From positions 135,788 to 199,787 of the forward strand of contig OZ242167.1 of NCBI GenBank assembly GCA_965205295.1: a stretch of DNA of 64,000 nt, read 5' to 3'. This document shows positions 17,852 through 27,155 of this stretch, in pieces (the stretch's first letter is position 1; the number at the start of each line of letters is the position of its first letter). Both the position numbers and the translations under genes were made by a program. The DNA comes from Candidatus Multivorans sp. Its GTDB lineage: Bacteria > Acidobacteriota > Thermoanaerobaculia > Multivoradales > Multivoraceae. Under the pieces are notes generated by a model. It had not been told where the DNA came from, did not search any database, and saw only the letters and a list, made by a program, of their open reading frames with translations.

Positions 17852-19786
17852 TCAGCGGTTGCGCTGAATCGGCACTTCCAGCCAGGAACCGTCCGGACCG
17901 CCCCGGTGAATCGTCACGGTTGGTGCGGCGACGCCTTCCGGGTCGGGGTACAGCGCGTGATTCGCGGCGTCGGCGCCGGCGATGGTCAGGCGAAGGCGGT
18001 GGCCCTGGTCGATCGTGATCGCGGTGCCCATCAGGTCGATCAGGAGTTCCGTGGCTTCACCCGGCAGCGGTTCGAGGTCTTCCGCGTTGCCGCGATGGAA
18101 GGGGAGGCCGAAGTCGTCCCATGGCGCCTCGCCGACCGCCCGGTAGGAGGCGCGGAGCGCTCCCTCGGTCACGTAGTGCGAACGTCCATCCGCGTCGATT
18201 TCCTCCAGGTAGACGAAGAAGTCGCCGTCGTCGTGGCTGGAGCTGACGTTCAGGCGCAGCACCGGATAGCCGACGATCGTCATCGACTCCGCCATCGGTT
18301 CGGTGGTGTACGTGAGCGCCTTCTCGTTCTCGGCCGATCGCTCGTCGAAGAAGGTCGTACCACGGCGGTCCTGACGTCGGGAACCGTGGCCGTTCATCCA
18401 GCGGGAGAAAGAGCCCATGGCCGACGTGTAGTCGACGGTGTATTCGTCCTGGCCGGAGTTGCCGGCGGAGTCGCCCAGCAGGCCGCCGGCGGCGAGTTCG
18501 AAGCGCTGGGCGGTCAGCCCGGCCGGCGGCCAGACATCTGTGCCGATCCAGGTCGAACCTTCCTCGGAGCGTTCCTCGTCCAGACTCGCCGTGACCTCGG
18601 GGTCCTCCGGCAGGGTGTGGTTGCCCTCCATGACGTAGTAGTGGACCGGCGGTTCGTCCATGACCCCGTTCTCGATGCCCTTGAGCCAGTGGTCGTACCA
18701 GCGCAGGAACTCGGCCTTGTGCACGTCGCCGCCGTAGCCGCCGCTGTGGACCCAGGGTCCGATCATCATCTTCTGCGGCGCCGAATCGAGGCTGGCGTAG
18801 AGCATCGGCTGTTGCGAGGTGTAGATGTCGTACCAGCCGACCAGGTGGTAGATCGCGATCCCGGAGGCATCGACCGCTTCCAGATCGTCGATGGTGCCCG
18901 TCGTGTCCCAGTCGGCGCGGGCGCTCTCCGTCTCGTAGGCCCAATCGCGGAACGCCGCGGCCTCGGCGCCGACCAGGTCCTGCGCCCAGATGTTGGCGGC
19001 GTGCTCGGCCACTGCCGCGTCGCGCATGGCGCCGGAGGCGTCGTCGTCGACCGGGGCGGGCGCCGTCGACAGATCGGCCTGTCTGGTGCCCGAGCCCCAG
19101 GTGTCGATGAACTCGTTCTTGTAGGTGCCGCCCCGGAACACGAAGTCGTAGGGGGTCGGCCCGGCCATCTCGGCGAAGATCGCCTTGAGCGCCGGCGGCG
19201 CCTGGGTCGCTGTCTGGTACTGGGTCATGCCGGGATAGGAGCGCCCGTGCATGCCGACGTTGCCGTCCGACCAGGGCTGCGCCGCGATCCACTCGATGAT
19301 GTGGAACGAGTCCGCGGTCTCCTCGATCGAGAAGGCGCCGTTGTGGACGCCGAACGAGGCGCCGGTGCCGCGGGCGTCGGCCACGACGACCGTGTAGCCG
19401 CGGTGCAGCATGTGCTGGAGGACCGGATCCTGTTCGCCGGTAGCGAAGAGTTGGGGGTTGCCGTTCTCGTCCTCGGTCAGGAAGGCGCGGGTGTAGCGGG
19501 TGTAGTGGACGATCGTCGGCAGCGGTTCCGAAGCCTCCGCACCGCCGGCCGTGGGGATGAAGTAGTCGACCGAGACGCGGACGCCGTCGGCCATCGGGAC
19601 GTAGACGGAGTAGCGGTTGGCGCCGTCGTGGGTCGCTTCTCTCGCATAGGCGCCGAACTGGCTGGGCTGGTGGGCGTCCGAAGACGACGGATCGCCGCCG
19701 CCCGGAGCACATGCGGCGGCTTGGACGAGGACGGCCGCTGCGATCAGGCCGCGGATGGCTGCCGGGAGGTTCTGCTCTGTTCTCAT
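17852..19786 (-). CDS. CocE/NonD family alpha/beta hydrolase (X-Pro dipeptidyl-peptidase S15 fold), secreted
   Basis: 644 aa. Signal peptide and nucleophile motif GRSYPG. A C-terminal beta-sandwich domain is typical of the family. Confidence 0.8.
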   Translation of the reverse strand: MRTEQNLPAAIRGLIAAAVLVQAAACAPGGGDPSSSDAHQPSQFGAYAREATHDGANRYSVYVPMADGVRVSVDYFIPTAGGAEASEPLPTIVHYTRYTRAFLTEDENGNPQLFATGEQDPVLQHMLHRGYTVVVADARGTGASFGVHNGAFSIEETADSFHIIEWIAAQPWSDGNVGMHGRSYPGMTQYQTATQAPPALKAIFAEMAGPTPYDFVFRGGTYKNEFIDTWGSGTRQADLSTAPAPVDDDASGAMRDAAVAEHAANIWAQDLVGAEAAAFRDWAYETESARADWDTTGTIDDLEAVDASGIAIYHLVGWYDIYTSQQPMLYASLDSAPQKMMIGPWVHSGGYGGDVHKAEFLRWYDHWLKGIENGVMDEPPVHYYVMEGNHTLPEDPEVTASLDEERSEEGSTWIGTDVWPPAGLTAQRFELAAGGLLGDSAGNSGQDEYTVDYTSAMGSFSRWMNGHGSRRQDRRGTTFFDERSAENEKALTYTTEPMAESMTIVGYPVLRLNVSSSHDDGDFFVYLEEIDADGRSHYVTEGALRASYRAVGEAPWDDFGLPFHRGNAEDLEPLPGEATELLIDLMGTAITIDQGHRLRLTIAGADAANHALYPDPEGVAAPTVTIHRGGPDGSWLEVPIQRNR

Positions 19787-19821
19787 CGTTTCGGCTCCCC
19801 TCTGTTTGTTCCCGGGGCTGT

Positions 19822-21858
19822 CTATTCGGAAGGCTGGGCAGAGCCGCCTGACCCGTCAGGTCCGGGCAGCCGGTAGGCGACCAGCTCGAACCGCGCGCCG
19901 CGTCCCCCGAGCGCGAACACCAGGTACTGCCGGCCTCGATGGAGGAAGGTGATGGGGCTGCCGTCGGTGTGCGCGGGCAAGTCGATCTCGCCGACGAGTT
20001 CGCCGGTCGCCTTGTCGAACGCGCGCAGCGCCGGGGTCTCGACGCGCCAGTCGTCACGGCCCGCGCCCGCTGCCGTCGCCTCCTGGTCGATGGCACGGAA
20101 GGCGAGCGACCGGCCGGCGGTCACGAACAGGAGGGTCTTCGTCGCCACGACGTGGCCGCGGGCCCCGGAGCCAAGGCTCGGCAGGTCGAGCCCGGCGAGC
20201 GCCGGATGGCGGCGCGGGCCGTAGCCCAGGGGCGCCGTCCATGCGATCTCGCCGCGGTTCATGTCGTAGGCGGTGACCCTGGAGTAGGGCGGCTTGACCA
20301 GGGGCAGGTCGCGCGGGCCGCGCACGTCGCTGTTGATGCGGCCGACGTAGTCGAAGGCCGAGCGGCTTGCGTCCGGCTTGCCGAGCGTATTGACCACGGG
20401 CCAGGTGAAGGACGGCACGTAGAGCATGCCGGTCTCGGGGTCGAAGGCGCCGCCGGGCCAGCTCGCGCCGCCGCCGTAGCCGGGCATCAGAAACGTGCCG
20501 CGTTCCGTGGGCGGCGTGAACAGCGGGCCGTACTGGTAGCGGGAGAGGATGGCCCGCGCCTCGCTGCGGAGCTTGGGCGTGAAGTCGATCAGATCGTCCG
20601 GACCGATGCCCTGGCGGTCGAAGGCCGGCGGCTTGGTGGGGAAGGGCTGGGTCGCCGACGTGCGCTCGCCCACGATGCCGGTTTGCGGCACTTCACGCTC
20701 CAGGATCGGCCACACGGGCTCGCCGGTACTCGCGTCGAAGACGTAGAGGAAGCCCTGCTTGGAGAGCTGCATCGCGGCGCGGATGGTCGTGCCCTCGACC
20801 TCGATGTCGCCGAGGATGGCGGAGGTCGGCAGGTCGTAGTCCCACAGGCCGTGGTGGACCATCTGGAAGTGCCAGCGCCGCTCCCCGGTCTCGCAGTCAA
20901 CCGCGACCAGCGACTCGGCGTAGAGGTTGTCGCCGAGGCGGTGTCCGCCGTACCAGTCGTTGGTCGGCGTGCCGAACGGCAGATAGGCGAGGCCGAGCTC
21001 CGGGTCGGCGCTCATCAGCGTCCACACGTTCGTGTTGCCGCTGACCTTCCACGAACCCTTCTTCCAGGTATCCCGCCCGGGCTCGCCCTCCCGCGGGATC
21101 GAGTGGAAGGTCCAGAGTTGCTCGCCGGTACGGACATCGAACCCGCGCACGTCGCCCGGCGGCGCTTCGGGCGAGCGGGGACCGTCGGAGACGGACGAGC
21201 CGACGATGACGACATCGCGGCACAGGGTGACCGGCGAACTGACGCTGTAGGCCCGGCGGACCACCTCGCGGCGCAGTCCCAGGGTCAGGTCGACTCCGCC
21301 ACCGTCGCCGAATGAGGAGATCGGTTCGCCGCTGAGCGTGTCCACCGCGCGCAGGAAGGAGTCGCCGCCGGCCCAAAGCAGGCGGCCCCCGTCACCCGGA
21401 AGGTCGGGGTCGTCCCAGTAGGTCGCTCCGCGGTGGACGAAGCCGAGGTTCGCCGGACGGCCCTGGAGGTAGGCCTGCGGATCGTAGGTCCAGAGACTCG
21501 TTCCCTGCTCGATGTCGACCGCCGCGATCTGCCCGTAGCCGGTCGTCACATAGAGCCGGTCGCCGACCTTGATCGGGATCGCCTCATGATTCCGCGGGGT
21601 CGTGCGCCGCCCGGTCGTCGCGCCATCTCCGGTCATCAACTCGTTGTCCGGCGACGACCACCGCCAAGCGACCTCGAGCTCGGCGAAGTTGTCGCGATCG
21701 ATCTGATCGAGCGCGGCGTACCGCTGGCTCGCGTTGTTGCCGGTAACGACCTGCCAGTCTGTGTCCGCAGGCTCCTGGGCAGCACCAGCGACCCCGAGCG
21801 CCACCGTCACCCCGACTGGTAGCCACCTCAGACCCCGACAACGCCTCTGGCCAAGCAT
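19822..21858 (-). CDS. PQQ-dependent dehydrogenase, soluble glucose/aldose-dehydrogenase-like (mGDH-like catalytic propeller without the N-terminal membrane anchor)
   Basis: ATG at 21858 (MLGQRRCRGLRWLPVGVTVALGVAGAAQE, signal peptide). Motif MVHHGLWDYDLP resembles the mGDH active-site region. No vicinal Cys pair. The six-frame ORF reads through to 24402 and gives a spurious 1526-aa product. Confidence 0.75.
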   Translation of the reverse strand: MLGQRRCRGLRWLPVGVTVALGVAGAAQEPADTDWQVVTGNNASQRYAALDQIDRDNFAELEVAWRWSSPDNELMTGDGATTGRRTTPRNHEAIPIKVGDRLYVTTGYGQIAAVDIEQGTSLWTYDPQAYLQGRPANLGFVHRGATYWDDPDLPGDGGRLLWAGGDSFLRAVDTLSGEPISSFGDGGGVDLTLGLRREVVRRAYSVSSPVTLCRDVVIVGSSVSDGPRSPEAPPGDVRGFDVRTGEQLWTFHSIPREGEPGRDTWKKGSWKVSGNTNVWTLMSADPELGLAYLPFGTPTNDWYGGHRLGDNLYAESLVAVDCETGERRWHFQMVHHGLWDYDLPTSAILGDIEVEGTTIRAAMQLSKQGFLYVFDASTGEPVWPILEREVPQTGIVGERTSATQPFPTKPPAFDRQGIGPDDLIDFTPKLRSEARAILSRYQYGPLFTPPTERGTFLMPGYGGGASWPGGAFDPETGMLYVPSFTWPVVNTLGKPDASRSAFDYVGRINSDVRGPRDLPLVKPPYSRVTAYDMNRGEIAWTAPLGYGPRRHPALAGLDLPSLGSGARGHVVATKTLLFVTAGRSLAFRAIDQEATAAGAGRDDWRVETPALRAFDKATGELVGEIDLPAHTDGSPITFLHRGRQYLVFALGGRGARFELVAYRLPGPDGSGGSAQPSE

Positions 21859-22005
21859 CGAGGAACAGTAGCAGCGGCCACAGGGATGCCGGTCAGTGTG
21901 CAAACCGCTTCGCCGGTTTCGTGCCTTCGTCTCAGCTACCACCTCTGGAAGCCCACCGCACCGACAATCCGGTGCGGTGAACGCCAAGCCGACCCCGTCC
22001 AGCCT

Positions 22006-22166
22006 GCGCAGGGCCTCAGGGGGTAAGGGACCCAGCGGGCTCGAAGCGAGCGACGCCCGATTACACAACGCCGGGCAATGTCCAACCGGAGCGAGCGTAG
22101 TGAAGTGCGCGCCAACCTCCCCGTATCCGAGAAAGCGCGCACGTCCGCTGGGTCCCTTACCCCCTG
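22006..22166. repeat. 22-bp perfect inverted repeat (cagggggtaagggacccagcgg / ccgctgggtcccttaccccctg) flanking a 117-nt spacer; MITE-like or large structured-RNA element
   Basis: Arms at 22006-22027 and 22145-22166 are exact reverse complements. The element lies in the 353-nt gap between fadB (stop 22212) and the PQQ dehydrogenase start (21858), both on the minus strand. Confidence 0.8.
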
Positions 22167-22211
22167 TGGCCCGGAGCGGGCGGGTGAGCCCCGCGCCCCG
22201 CGCCGCCGCCG

Positions 22212-24314
22212 CTAGCCGCTGAGCCGGCCGCCGGCGGCGGCCGTCTTGCGCAGCAGCGGCGCCGCCTGCCACTGGTCGGGGTCGAAGCGGGCGGCGTAGT
22301 CGTCGAGGATTTCGACGATGCGGTCGAGGCCGAACTCGTCGGCCCAGAACATGGGGCCGCCTCGGTAGACGGGCCAGCCGTAGCCGTTGATCCAGATGAC
22401 GTCGATGTCGCTGGCGCGGACGGCGATGCCTTCCTCGAGAATCTTCGCTCCCTCGTTGACGGAGGAGAGCAGGCAGCGGTTCAGGATCTCCTCGTCGTCG
22501 ATGTCGCGCTGCTCGATGCCGAGCCGTGCCGCCAGTTCCCGGGCGAGGTCCATGACCTCCGGGTCGGGCGCCGCGGCGCGCGTGGCAGGGTCGTAGACGT
22601 AGTAGCCGCGGCCCGTCTTCTGGCCGCGCCGGTCCCGCTCGCAGAGCATCTCGCGCAAGGTGCTCGACGACGAGATCTTCGCATCCCAGCCCACGTCCAG
22701 GCCGGCGAGGTCGCTCATGCGGAACGGGCCCATCGGCATGCCGAAGTCGTAGAGCACGCGGTCGATGTCCCACGGCAGCGCGCCCTCGAGCACCAGCCGG
22801 TCGGCCTGGAGGCGGCGCTGGAAGAGCATGCGGTTGCCGACGAAACCGTGGCAGACGCCGACCAGGACCGGCGCCTTGCCGATCGTCCGGGAGATCGACA
22901 TGGCCGTCGCGACCGCGTCGGGCGCGGACTTCTCGCCGCGGACGACCTCGACCAGCTTCATGACGTTGGCCGGACTGAAGAAGTGCATGCCGACGACGTC
23001 CTCGGGCCGCCCGGTCTCGGCGGCGATCACGTTGATGTCGAGGTAGGACGTGTTCGTGGCCAGCAGCGCGCCGGGCCTGGCGATCCGGTCGAGTTCGGAG
23101 AAGACGCGCTTCTTGAGCTCCAGGTCCTCGAAGACGGCCTCGATGACGAGGTCGCATTCGGCGAGCGCCTCCCGGTCCGTGCCGCCGTCGAGAAGCGCCA
23201 TCCGCTCCTCGGCCTGGTCCTCGGTGAACCGTCCGCGGGAGGCGCTGCGGTCGTAGTTGCGCCGCACGGTGGCCAGGCCGCGGTCGAGCGCGTCGCGGCT
23301 CTGCTCGACGACCTGAACCGGCAGCCCGGCATTGGCGAAGGCCATCGAGATGCCGCCGCCCATCGTGCCGGCGCCGAGGACGCCGACGCGGCGGATGTCG
23401 CGGACCTCGGTATCCGCCGGGATGTCCGGGATCTTCCGGGCCGCGCGTTCGGCGAAGAAGTAGTAGCGCTGGGCCCGCGATTGCGGGTCCGCGTGGAGTT
23501 GCCGCGACAGCTCGGCCTCGCGCATCAGCCCTTCGTCGAACGGCAGCTCGGCCGCCGCCTCGACGCACTGAATGCACGCTTCGGGGGCACTGAACCCTCG
23601 CGTCCTGCGGGCGATCCGGCGGCGGAAGTCGTCGAAGAGCCCCTGGTTCTCGCGCACCGCGTCGCGGTGGCTCTCGATGTCCCGGACCCGCGGCAGGCCC
23701 CGGCCCTCGGCCACGGCGCGGAGGGCGAACCGGAACGCGCCGACCGCCAGGCTGCTGCCCCCCAGCACGTCGACGACGCCGTCGATCAGGCCCAGGTCGA
23801 GCGCTTCGGCGGCGGTGATGTGCTCGCCGCTGGTGACCATCTCGAGCGCCCGCGGCACGCCGACCAGGCGGGGAAGGCGCTGGGTGCCGCCGCCGCCCGG
23901 CAGGATGCCGAGCTTGACCTCGGGCAGACCGAGACGCGCCCGCGCATCGGCGACCCGGAAGTGGCACGCCATCGCCATCTCCAGCCCGCCGCCCAGCGCG
24001 GTGCCGTGGATGGCTGCCACGAACGGCTTGGGGGACTTCTCGATCATGCGCCGGACCTCGTTCGTGTCCGGGGGCAGGCGTGGCTTGCCGAACTCGCGGA
24101 TGTCGGCGCCGGCGATGAACGTCCGGCCGCGGCAGACGATGACCGCAGCCTGCATCTCGGGGTCGTTCGCAACCGCGGGCACAGCCGCCGCGAGCCCCTC
24201 GCGGACGTGTTGGCTCAGGGCGTTGACCGGCGGATTGTCGATCCAGATCGCGCCGACGACGCCAAGTCCCGGCTCCTCGTGTCGTTCGACGGCTACGGAC
24301 TGGCTGAGCTGCAT
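22212..24314 (-). CDS. fadB: fatty-acid oxidation multifunctional enzyme (enoyl-CoA hydratase/isomerase plus 3-hydroxyacyl-CoA dehydrogenase), FadB/FadJ type
   Basis: ATG at 24314 is preceded by GGGGAG. The crotonase domain is followed by a Rossmann [12 protein letters not shown] and 3HCDH C-terminal domains. About 700 aa. Confidence 0.8.
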   Translation of the reverse strand: MQLSQSVAVERHEEPGLGVVGAIWIDNPPVNALSQHVREGLAAAVPAVANDPEMQAAVIVCRGRTFIAGADIREFGKPRLPPDTNEVRRMIEKSPKPFVAAIHGTALGGGLEMAMACHFRVADARARLGLPEVKLGILPGGGGTQRLPRLVGVPRALEMVTSGEHITAAEALDLGLIDGVVDVLGGSSLAVGAFRFALRAVAEGRGLPRVRDIESHRDAVRENQGLFDDFRRRIARRTRGFSAPEACIQCVEAAAELPFDEGLMREAELSRQLHADPQSRAQRYYFFAERAARKIPDIPADTEVRDIRRVGVLGAGTMGGGISMAFANAGLPVQVVEQSRDALDRGLATVRRNYDRSASRGRFTEDQAEERMALLDGGTDREALAECDLVIEAVFEDLELKKRVFSELDRIARPGALLATNTSYLDINVIAAETGRPEDVVGMHFFSPANVMKLVEVVRGEKSAPDAVATAMSISRTIGKAPVLVGVCHGFVGNRMLFQRRLQADRLVLEGALPWDIDRVLYDFGMPMGPFRMSDLAGLDVGWDAKISSSSTLREMLCERDRRGQKTGRGYYVYDPATRAAAPDPEVMDLARELAARLGIEQRDIDDEEILNRCLLSSVNEGAKILEEGIAVRASDIDVIWINGYGWPVYRGGPMFWADEFGLDRIVEILDDYAARFDPDQWQAAPLLRKTAAAGGRLSG

Positions 24315-24515
24315 GGCGGCGATCTCCCCTACGATTGGCGCGGGGAGGATACCCGGCCTTCTGGGAACCCGTGTGGCGCGTTCCGCGCCACACGTGAACC
24401 ACTCCGTGCGCCCGTCATCGAGCGCACGGATGGCACGCGGGCGTCCCGCCCGCATCCGGCGCCGTCGCCTGCCGTACTATTGAGCCACATCCGCTGATCG
24501 AAGGAGGTTGAACCG

Positions 24516-25535
24516 ATGCTCCGAAACGACTCGCGCTTCGCCGGCGTGGCCAAGCTGCTCCTGCCCGCGGTTCTCCTGTTCTCCACGGGGACGCTGGCAG
24601 CCGACGACTGGAAGGCCCCGCGCACCGCCGCCGATCAACCCGACCTGCAGGGCATCTGGGCCAACAACAGCGCGACCCCCCTGGAGCGGCCGGAGGCGTT
24701 CGGCGAGAAGGCGACGCTGACCGACGAGGAGCTGGCCGAACTCAAGCGGCGGCTCAACGAGATCCGGGAGAGTTCCCAGGCCGGCGACCTGCTTGGCGAC
24801 TACCTGATCCAGCGCGTGCTGGAGGACCCGGAGTTCCGCGGCTTCGACCAGGTGACGGGGAACTACAACTCGTTCTGGCTCGTCGACCGGGAACTCGACA
24901 ACCGCACCTCGCTGGTGATCGATCCACCGAACGGCCGCATTCCGGCACTGACGGACCAGGCCATGGAACGTGTGCGGGCTGGGGTGGCCTACGGCGACGA
25001 GGCGCCCGCCGGTCCTGAGGACATGCCCGTCAGCGTGCGCTGCATCAGCTACGGCGTGCCGAACACGCTGGCCGGGTACAACAGCTACTTCCAGATCCTC
25101 CAGACGGCGGACCACGTCGCGATCCTCCAGGAACTGATCCACGACGTGCGCATCATCCCGCTGGGCGAGCCCGAGCCGCTCGCCGACGATCTGCGGCTCT
25201 GGCACGGCAACTCGCGCGGCTGGTTCGAAGGCGACACCCTCGTGGTCGCGACGTCGAACTACTCCGCCGACGGCAGTTCCAGGTCGAGGGCGACGGACGG
25301 TCTGAAGGTGACCGAGCGCTTCACCCGCACCGGCCCGGACGTGATCGAGTGGGAGATCACCTACGACGACGAGGCGACCTGGGTCAGTCCCTGGACGATG
25401 ATGATCCGCCTCGCCCGCACCGAGGACCCGATCTTCGAGTACGCCTGCCACGAGGGCAACTACGGCCTGACGAACATCCTCTCCGGCGCCCGCGCCCAGG
25501 AGCGGGAGGCGGCGGCGAGCGGCGGCGGTCACTAG
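24516..25535 (+). CDS. secreted protein of an uncharacterised family (paralog 1 of 3 in this window; conserved DPPNGRIP, W-G-S-G-W-G-TLVV-T-N, EYACHEGNY motifs)
   Basis: GGAGG RBS and a signal peptide (LLLPAVLLFSTGTLAADD). 339 aa. Clear similarity to 42242..43333 and 62722..63759. Confidence 0.7.
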   Translation: MLRNDSRFAGVAKLLLPAVLLFSTGTLAADDWKAPRTAADQPDLQGIWANNSATPLERPEAFGEKATLTDEELAELKRRLNEIRESSQAGDLLGDYLIQRVLEDPEFRGFDQVTGNYNSFWLVDRELDNRTSLVIDPPNGRIPALTDQAMERVRAGVAYGDEAPAGPEDMPVSVRCISYGVPNTLAGYNSYFQILQTADHVAILQELIHDVRIIPLGEPEPLADDLRLWHGNSRGWFEGDTLVVATSNYSADGSSRSRATDGLKVTERFTRTGPDVIEWEITYDDEATWVSPWTMMIRLARTEDPIFEYACHEGNYGLTNILSGARAQEREAAASGGGH

Positions 25536-25568
25536 GCGGACGGTAGCGCGTCGCGGACGGTGCGTCCG

Positions 25569-27133
25569 CTACTCGATTGCCTCGAGCGGCACGGCGCTTC
25601 GCAGTTGGAGCCCTTGCCGGATCACTCGGACTTCCGGCGCGATGGCGGCGCCGGACGGCTGGTCGGTGTGGTACGTCAGCACGTGTTGATGGCGCAGGTC
25701 GTCTTCGATCTGCTTGAACACGCCCTGGATCCGTTGCGTCCATGGCGGAGTGTCATCTGTAACGTCGACGTGGAAGAGGCGGCCGCCAGTTTGGCGGCTG
25801 ATCGTTTCGAGCCGCTTCCGGTGTTGTCGCCGTCGACTCCTGGTCCTCTTGTTCGGTCGGTCGAGTTCGATGAAGTAGATCGGAAGACCAAGCCGCACCG
25901 CAAAGTCGGCGGACTGGCTTGGCGTGGTGCGGCTGTGCTGGTCGAAGCCGTCGGTGACTACGACCAGCGCTCGGCGACCCGGTTCCCTACCGTACTGGAG
26001 CAAGGAGAACAGGATCCCGTCGTTCAGTGCCGTGCCCATTCTGGGGACGAGCAATCTCACCTGGCTCGCAAGCAGGCGCTTGTTTCCGGTCAGCCGTTGG
26101 GCCAGGCGAACTGTGCCGGCGAAGTCGACCACGAAGGCCCGATCGTCTGGTGAAAGTGCAGCGTCAAGAAAGCCGGCGGACACGTCCCTCGCCTGATGCC
26201 AGATGGGCAGCATGCTGTCTGACATATCGATCGCCAGACCGAGAACCAGGGGACGTAGTGAGCCGTATGGAGATTCTCCACCAAGCGCTTCCTGCCGCCC
26301 TCGCGGATCTCGAAATCCTCCGGCTTCAGGCCGCTCACGGGGTCCCCGTCGCGGTCGCTAACCAGCAGTTGGAGCTGGGCCAACTGGATGTCGATCTCGT
26401 CCTGGTACACCGCGCCCTGGAGAAGTTGGGCGTCTTCCAACTCGCGGCCGCCGGCGAGCGTCGCCGTGACCCGGACGAAGTCGTCGGCTGGGTTGTACTC
26501 CATCAGGGACTCGACCGGGATCGTACGGGGAACGCCGGGAGCCGCGTCCTCGCCGAAGTTGTTCATGGTCTCTACCAGGAGTTCGCCGCGATAGAACGCG
26601 CCCCGTTCGAGCTTCGCGGACCGGGGCACCGAGACATCCGCCTCGATCCGTAGCGCGTCGTACCCGTCCGCATCCACGCGGCGCATCGTGGTGATGCGGA
26701 CGCCAAAGGGAACGTCCAGTTGGTTGAGGGTCATCCTGTCGGTTCCGAGGACGTTGCCCAGGGCGTCGCAGGCCCGGACTTCGAGCATCTGTTCGCGAGG
26801 CGGATTCGCCAGTTCGATGGGGGCTTGGTAAGGCGGCTTCTTTACGCGCTTCACTGGGTTGCCGTCGAGGACGAATTCGACCGCCCTGATCAGTGGGTGA
26901 ACAAGCAGGGTCTGGATCTCGACCTTGCCGCTGAACGGTTCGCCGTAGCCGCGGTCCGGCGGCACGATGTGAATCATCAGCCGCCCCGTGTCCGCCGAGG
27001 CAACGGCTGCCTCCCTGGCGGAGTTGTCCTGAGCGCTTGCCGGTGCGTGGACCGCTACGCAGGTCACCAGAGCAAGTGCCGCCGCGGCCATCGTCTTGGT
27101 GGCGCGGGCGTGGTCCGAATCGGCAGCGGTCAT
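25569..27133 (-). pseudogene. Acidobacteria-type secreted VWA (MIDAS) domain protein, copy A of a tandem array; single-base frameshift in a G4/C4 homopolymer
   Basis: The N-terminal frame (26090..27133) and the C-terminal VWA frame (25569..26225) join if one C is added to the run at 26249-26252; this restores ...HTAYVPLVLGLAIDMSDSM, matching copy B. It lacks the N-terminal domain present in copies B-D. Confidence 0.6.
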
Positions 27134-27155
27134 CTGGCTTCTCTCGACATCCGCC

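Noticed and set aside
19822-24402. 1526-aa minus-strand ORF
   Set aside because: This is a read-through artefact of high GC. Only its C-terminal 679 aa (19822-21858, from MLGQRR with a signal peptide) is a PQQ dehydrogenase; the rest is intergenic sequence plus an out-of-frame overlap with fadB, which is in another frame at 22212-24314.
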